Part shown: positions 50,738 through 64,000 of the stretch, one piece after another
Position numbering within the stretch: position 1 is the first letter of the stretch
How the letters are laid out: each line of letters begins with the position of its first letter
NCBI RefSeq assembly: GCF_009914755.1
Contig: NC_060926.1
Source of the DNA: the human T2T-CHM13v2.0 reference genome, Homo sapiens
Strand: one strand, 5' to 3'
DNA length: 64,000 nucleotides
Notes under the pieces: model-generated
Seen by the model: the letters and a program-made list of their open reading frames with translations, nothing else
What the model was told of the DNA's origin: nothing
Database searches by the model: none
Position numbers and translations under genes: made by a program

Positions 50738-52648
50738 ATATTCCAGGTTTTTCTGGTGCTATCATCCATTATTTCATCACTTGATGGATAGAGTTGTGGT
50801 GAAGCAGCAAGTTCTGATGGGTGTAACAAGTGCAGTTTGGCTTGAAGACCCAGAAAGGTCATTCATCCCAATGGCTGTGCCAGGTCTTGAGGACGTTTCC
50901 TCCGTAGGCCCTGCCGGGAACCACTATACGTCCCTGCCAGTGTCTTTCTCTTGAGACAGCAGCTGGTTTCGCAGAACCTTCTAGCAACTGTCAATTCCCT
51001 TTATTGTTGCATGGAGCAGTGATTTTCTTTCCTATTCTGAGAATCTTGAATCACCCACTGCTGCAGGAATCTCTGCCTTGTTATATCTCTTCAGTGGCCC
51101 TGAATTTTTTCCTCTCTCTTTCTTCCTCTATGTCCCTTTTTTCCCCTCTGCAACCTGAATCTCATCCCTTAGAGTCTGTTTCCTTGAACCTTTCTTTTTG
51201 CATTTTTTCTTGCCATCTAGAAACCCTGTGTCCCTCTTATAAGTTGAGGGTGTAGAGAGGCATTTCTCATGCTCTTTTACTTCTGTAAAGAAACAGCTTG
51301 CATTTGTAGTGTATAAACTGGATGTGCTCCTGCTTCCAGCTAGAAGACCAGCAGGACACATGGCTGCAGCTGCTGTGACTGTCCTCTGTTTCCATGCTTT
51401 CTGGATCTCACATGTTCAAATGGGTTTTTCTTGGAAATTCTTTTGTTCTGCCTATTTGCTAGCAAACTAATGACTCTGGAGGGCCTCCTGGAAATCCTAC
51501 CTGCCTGTTTGCTTCAGGAATCTTTCTAGGCTCAGTACTCTGCTGAGGAGTGGGCAGTTCCGCTCTGCCATCAGCTAGTAGTTGGCCAAATACAGGGCGA
51601 TCTTGACTAGGAGTATTACAAAGTCACGAACCCTCCTGCACCTGTTTCCTGCTGTATGTCTGTGCTGTTTTCAGATTCTCTAGCATGCCAGTCCAAAACC
51701 CTCTGGGAGCCACTTGTAAATTACTTAATAAAATTTTCATCTGGGATACTGGTGACTCTGTCACAACCTCAGAGAGTGCATGTGGCCTTCCATATTCTGT
51801 AAGGTATTCCCTCGGAGTCGCTGAGAGGATGGAAAAACTCCATGTCTTTAAATGGCTCCCGCTGCAGCTGTTTTTGCCAGGCTGTGGCTCATGAGCTGAA
51901 TATGGAAGCTTTTTCTGGTGCCAGCTTTGATTTTGCACCACTTGTCAGGACTGCCCTGGCATGAGCAGCTGACTCACATTCCACCCTCCACCCGGGGATA
52001 AAGGTGGGGTGGCCTGGGCACACCACTCCAAAAAGCTTTTAGTCGTTACTGATAAATTGGGTTGTATGTATTTGGCTATGTTTGTTGAAAAGGAGCTTTG
52101 CTTTAAATCAATGTTTGCGTGTTTGTATTAAAAATTCTTTCTAGCGTCTGTGGCAGAAACCGTTGTGTTCATTTTACATCTTACTTGAGGTCCCAGGTTT
52201 ATAAGATATCCTTTGCTCTTCTGCCACTGCCTGGACTGTAGTACAAAAGTCACTGTAGGAGATGGCTGTGAAGACACTTTTGATCTCAGATGTCAGCCAG
52301 ACTCACAGTCAGGAGTTTACACTAGAGACCTGTGGAGGCAGCACATTTGACATTTGAGAGAACCAGAACAAGCTTTTTATATGTCTATAGATTCCCAGAA
52401 AATAGGTTCTGTAGTCTAACATTTCATTCATTCCCTCAAAAATATATTGAGGACCTATTGTGAGCTGGGTACTGTTTGAAGAAAAAAGAGACCTAGTGCC
52501 TGCCCACATGGAGCTTACATTCTAGTTGAAATGTAGGAAATTGCTGTTGAACTGTTTCCTTTGTATCCAGTAGAAACTAACATGGATAAACGAGCCCAGA
52601 GAAAGGAATAACAGTGGCTGGGGTAATAACCAATTTCGGGCTTTACAG

Positions 52649-52850
52649 GGACAGCACGCAAGATTCAAGAAGTATGTGGGGCACAGTGCACATGTCACTA
52701 ACGTGAGGTGGCTGCACAATGACTCTGTGCTGCTCACGGTGGGCGGCGCCGACACAGCCCTGATGATCTGGACCAGGGAGTTTGTGGGGACCCAGGAGAG
52801 CAAGCTGGTGGACAGCGAGGAGTCAGACACCGACGTGGAAGAGGATGGAG
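52649..52850 (+). CDS. EML6: EML6 exon K (202 nt): [67 protein letters not shown](G)
   Basis: ctttacag| ... GAG|gtgagc. GHSAHVTNV closes the TAPE domain, then an acidic linker follows. Confidence 0.95.
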
Positions 52851-52960
52851 GTGAGCCCCCCACCTGCCACGTGCCTCCTGCGCCGAATGCACCTCCCAAC
52901 ACCTCCCTTCCTGGGCCACTGCAAACCAACTGGCTCCCCAATCTCTTTCTGTTGTTTGAG

Positions 52961-53087
52961 GCTATGACAGCGATGTTGCTAGAGAAAAGGCCATTGACTA
53001 CACCACCAAGATTTATGCTGTGAGCATCAGGGAAATGGAAGGCACCAAGCCACACCAGCAGCTGAAGGAAGTTTCCGTGGAAGAAAG
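52961..53087 (+). CDS. EML6: EML6 exon L (127 nt): [42 protein letters not shown](R)
   Basis: tttctgttgtttgag| (GAG acceptor) ... AAG|gtatgg. In frame with K. The next canonical exon is not found in the window. Confidence 0.9.
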
Positions 53088-54027
53088 GTATGGTGTTGCC
53101 AGGTTTGCTTGCTTTTATTATACCTGATGACAAGAAACTTGTTTAAGCCAGAGTGCGTTTTCTTTGCCCTCAAAGTTGCTGTTTAAGTCAGTCTTTTATA
53201 AATCTTCACAGAGTCTTCACCTGTACACAGGCTTAAGCTGAGAAAAAATTGCACAACATCCCAGTACGTGGCAAAGGGCGGTTTATACTTTGTGGAAGTT
53301 GGTTATGGAATGTGACTTGAATAGACATGAAATTTAGTTGGACTACACTTCTCCATGCCCAGAAAAAATGCTAGGGTAGCCCCAAAGCAGTCCTGACTGT
53401 GGCAGCTGACAGGAAAGCCTGCTGACCAGCAAGGTAGGAGGGAGGACAGGATTCTGAGGTCATGGAGGAATGGCTGCAGAGTTGTGAAAAACCGTCTTCC
53501 ATTCTAACCAGAATCTGTGCCTTATACTCCATTCACTTGGTGTATCTTCTCTTACTGTGTCTTCATTTGCCCAGATTTGTCCAGGTGGGTTTGGCAATTC
53601 CAGCCTATCCCATTTGGTTTTATTGCCTTGGATCCTCTATATAGAATGAGTGTTTTCTAGTATTATTTTGGGGCTTTTCAATGTGCTGTTATAAGTATTG
53701 ACAAGAATTGTCAAACACTTTAGCATTTCTAAAAAGAAAAGCTCAGAATTACTATATTACTTAATTTATCATATTCATGCTAAGAGTGGATATTGAATAA
53801 AAACTCTTAATAACTAAAGAGAATTTCATGGATCTCAAAGATGTTTTAATAATTCTGTTGGCTGTTCACATTGAGGTAGGCTCGATGTTGACAATACGCT
53901 GGTCCCACAATATGTAATTTATGAGATTCAAGTAGTTTGCATTTAGTATGGCTTTCTGCCTAACAACAATAAGTCTGACCTATCACTTCTTACTATTATG
54001 TGGGGTTTTAGATGCAAAGAAATGTAA

Positions 54028-54057
54028 CCTCCTCCTCCTCCTCCTCCTCCTCCTCCT
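54028..54057. repeat. (CCT)10 trinucleotide repeat
   Basis: Read directly from the sequence. Confidence 0.95.
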
Positions 54058-55146
54058 GCTTAAATTCAGTGCCAGATGTTAAAATAAACTTGGTAAATGG
54101 TGGGTGTGCTACTGGCAAGAAGATTGAATCTAATGCAAAAAAGCCCTAATTTTTCCCTAGCATCTTTGTTAGATATTACAAAGATCCAGAGCTTTCTTTT
54201 AAGAAAAAATTAGAGATTTTTCTGCAGTGGTCTTCAGAGTTCATTTTGCTTGCAACATGGTTTTAAAGTGGCCACAAACAGAAAATAATTTTTAAAAGTC
54301 CTAATTCTAAGAATTAAGGGGAAAAAAGAACCATATGCACAGAAGTGCATGAATAGGCCTCCCACTTAAATAATCCAATCTAAAAAAATGTTTCACCTGA
54401 AGTATTCATTCCTTTGGAAAAAAAAAAATTACCCAGCCTTTCTAGTTTCATTTCTAGTTTCACATACCATTATGAAATGAGTTGACATGGCCATTATCCC
54501 AAGGGTGTTTCTGGCTGATTTCTGTAACTCATTCGTACATCATGCTGAGATTCATGCTAGCCACCAAAATATAATCATTTAACCCAAGCTCCAAATTCCA
54601 AACACTACAGCTGATTTCAAACCCTAACCAAGGCTCACCTAATCCTCTTCTTGTCTCATTGCCTCTTTGGGCAAATCTGTCAAAATTTCGTACTGCCAAA
54701 CTTAATGAAAGGTAGGAGGACTGATGATAGAGAGGACCCTAAGAATTTTTCATTTTAAAATTCAGAATTTTCATGCTACCCCATTTTATTATCAAGCTAT
54801 ACCCCATCAGATAGGAAACTGTATAGTCGCATACACTGGAATGACTCTTTTTTTTTTTATCAAAAGGAAAAAGCCTTATAATATTATGAAATAGGGGTAG
54901 GCAGTTCAGTAGTTTACTGGCATTTAAAAAAATTCACACCAGGATTTAGTGAAGAAAACAATTTTAAGATAAGTGTAGGGTCTGGAGGAGTAATCAAACC
55001 TTTTCTGTAGAGAGCAGCTTCCTAGGTAACTTTAAAAGCCTTGACAGCCTCAATTCCCAGAAGGAGCTGGAACTAGAGCACACACTGCCAGCTGCACAGC
55101 ATGCCGGGAGCAGAGTGGGGCCCTGCCAGGTAGGGTCAGCTAGTAA

Positions 55147-55584
<438 letters not shown>

Positions 55585-57159
55585 GACCGTAGGCATCTTC
55601 TGGACCACAAAATAGAACATTGCCAGGCAAGGCAGGGCATTTGGGGAATTTGAGAGAAAGCAGGATGAGTGATGGAATTGGGAGGGTGGCACAAGATGTT
55701 AAACAGCATATCTTAGTCCTCATCTAGGGTATAAAACAGGACCCATGGACTCTAGCATCCTGGAATGACAGAGGGACAGAGAAGGAAAAATGGTGACATC
55801 AGGACCACATGAAGCCAGGCAGCAGTGGCCAGCTTCTCCCTGGGAATAATCAGGGCCGTTGCCCAGCAGCTCCTGATACTGTTTTCTTTGGCAACTTCAA
55901 GCCCTGCTTGAAGATTTGAGAGGCAGGGGTTTTCCTTGGTGTTCCCGTCATCGTGCCTTCCGTATATACCTGCAGATAATTCTGTATACCTGGGTGCTTT
56001 TTCTAAACACTTGGTTCAAGACATGCACCAATGAGACTAATGGGAGACGAGTACTTGAGGACTGAAAGAGATGTGAGCTTGGGACAACCACTCCACGCAG
56101 GGTCCTTAGCACTGTTTTGTCACTTAGCAATGTTTCAGGCAGCTCTACCTCTGGTAAATCCCCTGTCACCTAAAAGCAATTAGAAACCTTGAGATGACTG
56201 TAGCACCTGTCGTACTGAGAAAAATGCCTTGAAGGTAGCTGTGCTTTATGCATCAATTACTTTTGAAGCAACTGAATTCCTAATTCCTAAATTTTAAGAT
56301 ATTTGTGGATTGTTTCTAATTAGACTCAGTTATTTGACTTTAAAATAGCTGTGAGATTTCAGATCCTGCTTCTTTGCACAATTGCTAATTACATTGTGAG
56401 TTCTTATTCTTCAGAAGCCATATGATCTTCAGTTCTAATCTTTCAGAAAATGAGGAAGCTGAGAAGAAATTTACAATTGGTCTCAAAAGAATCCTGGGCT
56501 ACACCTACCAGATATGTAATGTCCATGAGGTGTTCAGCGGGTAGCCCAGTTACTCCAGCTTTCCTCTAACACACTGGGATACCCTGCCTCCATGACCCAG
56601 ACTCATCTGGCTGGTCCCCAACCTTGGGTGATCTTGCTGCTCAGCTGCCACGTGTGGTGTGTGGCTGAGGAAAGTCATGAAGTCTTTTTTACTTTTGGGA
56701 ATCCATGCTTTCACTCCTTATCTGGGCACTCAGGGCTACCCCACGCTGCCCTCCTTCATCCCCAGCCGACTTGACGCTAATTCTGGTCTAGAGGAACCCT
56801 TCCAAACCTTCCCACCTCTCAAGTGCCACGCCCCAACCTGACACACCTCTTACTCTCAACTTTTGACCTTATCTCCTTTGCCGTGTTTTCTTATAATGTA
56901 CTCTTTTGTCCATCTACAAACTTAAGATATTTAATTGATACTTTAAATATCAGAAAAGTTCCTTTTGGGAGAAAAAATGAAGGAGGAAAGCATAGTTTTT
57001 CAGAGCAATTTAAGATACAAAATGCTTATATCATCTCAACATGAGGTATGGTGCCCAAATCCTGTATTCAGACTTCGGTAAAAACAGTTTTCCCCAATTC
57101 GTCAAGTGATGAAATCCCTAAGGTTTGCTTGGTACCAAATTACTAGAGTTGCCTGTTAA

Positions 57160-57715
57160 ATTAAGAATTTTCTTTTCACGTTACCAAAGTCACACCTAGC
57201 TTACATACTGTTTTTTGATTTATAACATAGGGGCTTTCAAGGGGGTCACCCAACCCAAACTGGCCTAAGCGAAGGGGAACTTACTGGTTTACACACCTAA
57301 GTATGCAGGAGTGGGGCAACTTCAGGTGGCACTTGTTAAGAGAACTCAAATCTTGCTGCCAGGATTCTGGTTTTTTCCTTCATATCTCAGTTCTTCTTCC
57401 TCTGGGTTATTACAGTTCTTCAGGTAGAAAAATGGCTGCAGAACTTATAGTCTCTGTGGTTCAAAATCAGTAGGAAAGAACTGCCTCTGATTCACAAGTT
57501 CCCCCTACAAATGTCTTTTGAGGTGCTATTGGCTCTGGTGGGCCCCAGGACTACCCTTGAACCAATCACTATGGGCTAGGAAGAAAAAGTCTTTGACTCT
57601 TACCTTGGAAATAGTCACCTGCCACCATAGACTAGCAATGTAATCACTTCACCTCTCTGTAATCACTTCCCCCAGAGGTGATTTGGACAGACCCAAAATA
57701 GAAAATGTCTATTAC
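57160..57715 (-). mobile_element. Old MLT1 (K/J-like) LTR
   Basis: aacccaaactggcctaagc...ttactggttt...ccttgaaccaatcactatgg. Confidence 0.5.
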
Positions 57716-57781
57716 AGTTCACCCTTTTCTTGTCATATATATTCTCTTAAAGTGGCCCCATTTAAAACTATTCTATATATA

Positions 57782-58079
57782 GGCCAGGCACGGTGGCTTA
57801 TGCCTGTAATCCCAGAATTTGGGAAGCCAAGGTGGGCAGATTACATGAGGCCAGGAATTCAAGACCAGCCTAGGAAACATGGTGAAACCCTGTCTCTCCT
57901 AAAAATACAAAAATTAGCCTGGTATGGTGGCACACACCTGTAATCTCAGCTACTCGGGAGGCTGAGGCACCAATCGCTTGAACCCAGGAGGCAGAGGTTG
58001 CAGCAAGCCAAGATGGCACTGCTGCACTCCAGCCTGGGTGACAGAGTGAGACTCTGCCTCAAAAAGAAAGAAAAAAAAA
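57782..58079 (+). mobile_element. Alu (S/J)
   Basis: ggccaggcacggtggcttatgcctgtaatccc... with an A-rich tail. Confidence 0.9.
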
Positions 58080-58848
58080 CCCACTAAAAACCCCCACTAT
58101 CCTATATGTAATTTGAAATGCAGTTATGCCACCTTCCCAAAAAGAGGCGGCTCAAAGTCTCAGCCAGTTGCCACATCCAGGATCTGAGAGTACTATGAAA
58201 TTTTCTCATCCAGGTCCAGATAAAGCCCCTCATGGTCCTGTGGCTAATGATAATATTAACCACCCTAACTTGCCAAATAGTGGTAAAGAGAGGACAGAAT
58301 GAAGATAATTTTTTTGAATCACCACTTTGAAGGAGGGAGAATGAGACAACACGCAGTGATCACTGGTCCATAGCGTATTGTCTTCTGCTGGACTGAACAA
58401 TCAACGATTCCTGCCCTAGCCGTGTGCGAGTATTATATGACTGGATGGTAATGTGAATGTTGGAAAATACCAGCAGTCAGGATATAAAGGTTTTGTTTGT
58501 TCTTTCAAAACATACACATATGGAAGTGAAAAATAAAAGTAGGAAGTAACATAATACTCTCTTAAAAGTACAGCTCTCCAAGTGTCCCAGGTTCCTACTG
58601 GGATGTCAGTGATGCCCCTGTATTTTGTCATTCTCATGGGAAGATTTGTATCCTCCCGCCCTCCCATGAGCTCCTCCCTTGACGAGAGACTGGCTCAGGG
58701 CTTGGCTGCTCCACAGGCACGCATAAGCTGTCACTTTGCTTGAGGGAAGGTCAATTTTTAGACATCTGCCAGGAGACCCACATTTCAGGTCAATCTAAAT
58801 TCCGTTTTTGTCATTTAGTCCTCTGGCCTAAGATTTGGAGTTATATAG

Positions 58849-59178
<330 letters not shown>

Positions 59179-60057
59179 TCAAAAAATATATTTTTTTACA
59201 TCTCAAACTGATACTTGAATTCTCAAGGGAAAGATATATCAATTAAACAAATTACTATTTTATTTCTTAAGTCAAATCACTTGTCACTCTGCCCTCATTT
59301 TTGGTGATAAACTGAGTATGAGTTAATTTATTATTGGTAGATATTCCTTTTTTAAAGTATAGTTTATATTATTTGTCTCTGGAAGGAATATTATAACCTT
59401 TTGTAGGCTCAACAAATTTTCATTAATGGTTTGGTATTGGCATTGCTTCGTGTTTAGGTTGTCACGTTTGGTCTTTAGCAGACACTCCTTTGGTTGGGTG
59501 TACGTGTCGTTTTTGTAGTACCACCATGTACCTTTGAAAGTGTCTGTTTTTTGCTAAGGAGTCCCATGCTTATCTTTGGTGTTCCTGTCCTGTGAATGGC
59601 GTCTGGGCTCTATGAGTACACATAAGCTGGAGATTTGGAGAACACACAAAATCTAGTTCATTCTCCTTTAATTGTTCTTTCTAATGGAAAGTGGTGATTA
59701 TCACAGAAAAGAACCTTAGGGTATTTTACTGTTGAACAGTAATTACTATCATTTGTAACTACTTTTGCGTATGTTTTTATTACCTAGTATTATATCTGCA
59801 TAACTTTTTAAAAATCAGAGATGGCCAGCAAAAATTCAACCAAATCAATGTCAAGAATTATTAGAGACATTTAAAACTTTACCCAATTAAAGTGAAACAA
59901 TTTTGATGAGTCACAGTTTTTATACCACCATCTGAGCGTGCCACAACAATCAACTTATAAAATACATTCATGCTGAGGTTTGTTACTTTTAAAAATTGTA
60001 GTCTTATATTCACATTATGTTTTGTTATTCGCATATATCTTTAAAAATAATGTTTAA

Positions 60058-60372
60058 GGCCAGGCGTAGTAGCTCACACCTGTAATCTCAGCACTTTGGA
60101 AGGCTGAGGTGGGAGGATAACTTGAATCCAGGAGGTTGAGGCTGGCAGGAGTTTAGATGAGCCTGGGCAACATAAGGAGGCCCTATCTCTACAAACAAAA
60201 TTTAAAAAATTAGCTGGGAATGAAAACACACTCTTATAATCCCAGCTACTCAGGAGGCTGGGGTGAGAGGATCCCTTGAGGCCAGGAGTTCAAGGCTGCA
60301 GTGAGCTGTGATCACACCAGTGCACTCCAGCCTGGCCAACAGAGCGAGACCCTGTCCGTGAATGAATGAATC
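60058..60372 (+). mobile_element. AluJ
   Basis: ggccaggcgtagtagctcacacctgtaatc...gagaccctgtc with a (GAAT)n tail. Confidence 0.85.
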
Positions 60373-61325
60373 AATGTGTGTTTAAACATCTTGGGCTCAT
60401 CTCCAGAGGTTTTCATTATCACATTAAGAGAAAGCCAGAAATTAGAAACTTATAACTACGGAAATATTTAGTGCCAATGTCTACATTTTTTGTTCTTATC
60501 AAATTATCATGTGGCTTCAGTTTTGTGTACTGTGGTAACTACACGATCACAAAGGAACATTCTTTTTGATAATTGATATGTAGCATCTAATAATATGTCT
60601 AAGTGTGGGTTATGATCTTTTACTGAAATTCATATGAGCTGACCAGGTATTAGTCTTCCTAGTTACATCTGGTGGAGCCATGGTTAGTAATTTATTTTTA
60701 AATGCCTCCTGTTTGACATAGGTGGATGTCCTCATTTCTTCCTCACTTAACCGGCCACATAGGGGTTGGTCATAATGGATATTTTTATTTGCTATATACA
60801 GTTGGAACCTGCATTCTACAGAAACCCAACTTTATAATAAGATACAGAATAAATGGAGAATTAAACTATTACAGAAATTGGCATATAAGTACTCACTTAA
60901 CCTTTATGTTTTGAAGAGGATACAATAATTAGCTCAAGGATTGTTTTCTCAATGCACCTGAGTCAGCCATCTGTATTTTTTTCAAGGTCCTTTATTAACA
61001 ACTGCTGAGGCATACAGCTTTTGACTGTCTATCCAGGGATGAATAAATGAATGTTAGACTTACCACTTCCTGTTTCTACATTATTTTTATAACATTATTT
61101 TACTTATAGCATTTTTCACCTGTCACTGAAAAGAGGTTTAACTGCTCCTTCTTTTCTTACCTGAGAAGCTGCATAACTTATGGCCAAAAGTCAAAATTCC
61201 AAACTCACCTAAAGCATATTTTTTTCCTTCCGCAGTAGACTTTGGGCTTGTTGCCAGTCTCTCCTGCTTAGCTCAGGCTAAAACGGTCATGTCTCTCTTT
61301 TTTTTTTTTTTTTTTTTAAAGTCTG

Positions 61326-61910
<585 letters not shown>

Positions 61911-62390
61911 TAGAAAAGTTAGTTTTTAATGCTTAAATTATATTGCCTTAGCTCCAACTTAGTGTAGTTTACTTTATAAATTATGGATAACTGTAGATAC
62001 TGTGATATTTATAGTTTTAGTCACTGATTTTTTAGATTTTATCCAGATATTCAGCTGTTTTACCTGGGTAGATGACATGTACACAGCCATCTTCTAAAAA
62101 AAGTTTCAAGCAACAGTGTTTTTATATACTCTATCAATCAAACTTTGTGCATTAATTAAATACTGTTTGTATTTAAATCATTATGTTATCTCTGACTTCT
62201 ACAAGAGTTGGGTCAATGAGAATCAAAGCAAAACTTGGCTCCCCTTGGATTTCCTCTTACGTATAAAACCTCTTTATACGTAAAGAGGTTTGCTTTAATC
62301 CCACTTCTGACACCAATCTGCTTCGTCCTCACAGGACAGTGATGTTAGTGATGTGAATGATGGAAAAGTGATTGTATAAAAGTTAGGTGG

Positions 62391-62640
62391 GGCCAGGTGC
62401 TGTGGCTCACGCCTGTAATCCTAGCACATTGGGAGGCCGAGGCGGGCAGATCACCTGAGGTCAGGAGTTCGAGACCAGCCTGGCCAACATGGCAAAACTT
62501 TGTCTCTACTAAAAATACAAAAATTAGCTAGGCATGGTGGCGGGCACCTGTAATCACAGCTACTCGGGAGGCTGAGGCAGGAGAATTACTTGAATCACTC
62601 CAGCCTGGGCAACAAGAGCAAAACTCCATCTCAAAAAAAA
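62391..62640 (+). mobile_element. AluS with an internal right-arm deletion
   Basis: gagaattacttgaa joins directly to tcactccagcctggg. Confidence 0.88.
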
Positions 62641-64000
62641 GTTAGATGAAGTTTGTGTAATTTTACGGTATGCAGAAAGCTATAGATACAGTTACATAAG
62701 GCAGGAGCTAATAGCAATTTTTAGGCAGCACTGTTAGGGCTTCCCAAGTCCCTCTCATGCCTCAGTGAGACATACAGCCATGCTTATTGGCATTTTTCCA
62801 AGCACAAGAGGCTTCCTTTATTTCTCTGAGATGTATTTTATACTTTTCTACCATCTCCTCCTGAAACACATACCCAAATGTTTAGCAGAATCTGAGTACA
62901 TGCCTACCAGCTCCCACAGTATAAGTAACTACTACAAAACAGTTCTAACATACTTTGACACGTCCACTATGGGAACTAACTGACTTTGGCTTCAACAGAA
63001 CCCTGCCTCAGGCCCAGGCTTCACGCTGTCTGAGGTTCTCTTCAGCACAATGTGATGGGTTCCTTGGACATCTTCTGGCTGCACCTGTTCGGATCTCTGA
63101 GAAGATTTTGTTTGTCTTTGTTCTGTTTTGCCAAGTCTGAGATTGGCACTGGGGAAAATTGCCTTTCTGAGGGCTTTATTTTTGGTTTCCGTATTATCTC
63201 ATTTCTGTTGGTGGGAGACCTGGGAGTTGCCTTAAGAACTGAACAATCACAGGCCCTTGCTGTTGACCTGATCAGGGTTACACATAAAGCTCTCCTCTCC
63301 CAAGTAGGTTGTCAACTCTGTGAAAGCAAAATTTCTGTTTCATACACTGCTTTATCTCTATAATCTAGAACATGCTGGCACTTAGTAAATGTGTGTTGAA
63401 TGAATAAATAGATTCCTTAACAACAAGATTTAGATTCATTTTCATTCTAGCCCATGGATTAGATATCAAATTCTGAGATCTTGTTGACACTTTGTCATTA
63501 AAATCCATAATCCAGCTAGGAAATCTCTGCTTCTAAGCAGTTGGCCTCCCTGGTCATCCTTCCAGCGCTCAGGCTGCAGCATTCTCCATCTGGCTTCTGC
63601 CTTTAGGCAATTCCAAGTAGTGGTCTGAAGTGGAGAAGCCCTTGCCCCAGACTGCATCTCAGTGGTGTTGAGGGTAGTTGTCTGCTTTGTCTGGCAGGGA
63701 ATGTGTGATAGTGGATGTTTAGGAGGGGTCTAGAGGATCAGGCAACTCTCCTTTCTCTGTCATACTTGCTGTAAGTTTACTTCCATGTGGATGGATGAGT
63801 ACTGCTTCCAACAGTCCCCATGGACGAGGACTCATTTCCAAGTACCAGTAGCCCCTTGTGATATGCACCCATATTTGGCTGATCGCAGCTGTCAGCATTC
63901 CATCATTTTCAATAGCCCCCACTTGTGGACCAGCAGGCATGTCATAATCCTGAAGGGTGATCCTTATCCTCCCCGCTCCCTGCAGTGCCCCTGCCTGGGT

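Noticed and set aside
52522-53133. 203-aa minus-strand ORF, the longest in the track
   Set aside because: Antisense shadow of GC-rich exons K/L. It has a non-ATG start, no recognisable domain and no promoter evidence.
60722-60764. Possible 43-nt poison exon (gacatag|...GGG|gttggt)
   Set aside because: Splice signals are mediocre, and such pseudo-exons are common by chance in long introns.

Overview
AT-rich primate (very probably human) genomic DNA lying wholly inside one multi-exon gene on the + strand. Twelve GT-AG exons (3605-53087, 1660 nt) splice into one uninterrupted reading frame encoding tandem WD40 repeats of an EMAP/TAPE domain followed by an acidic linker ([16 protein letters not shown]...[11 protein letters not shown]...[18 protein letters not shown]...EVSVEER). 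I recognise this as the middle of EML6. The window contains neither the start nor the stop codon. The introns are filled with Alu, L1, L2/MIR, L3/CR1, MaLR/ERV LTRs, hAT MITEs and microsatellites. Almost all ORFs in the supplied track are repeat-derived or chance ORFs. I see no evidence of a wholly new biological system. The observations most worth checking are: (1) a near-full-length antisense L3/CR1 fossil (ORF1 esterase plus ORF2 motifs) split by four levels of nested insertions; (2) an in-frame alternative donor adding YGVAR after the last exon; (3) a phase-symmetric 1566-nt block of 11 exons flanked by inverted Alus that would give a stop-free circular ORF; (4) a run of donors lacking +5G; (5) a ~180-bp local duplication flanking one exon. 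Repeat boundaries and subfamily calls were made by eye and are approximate.
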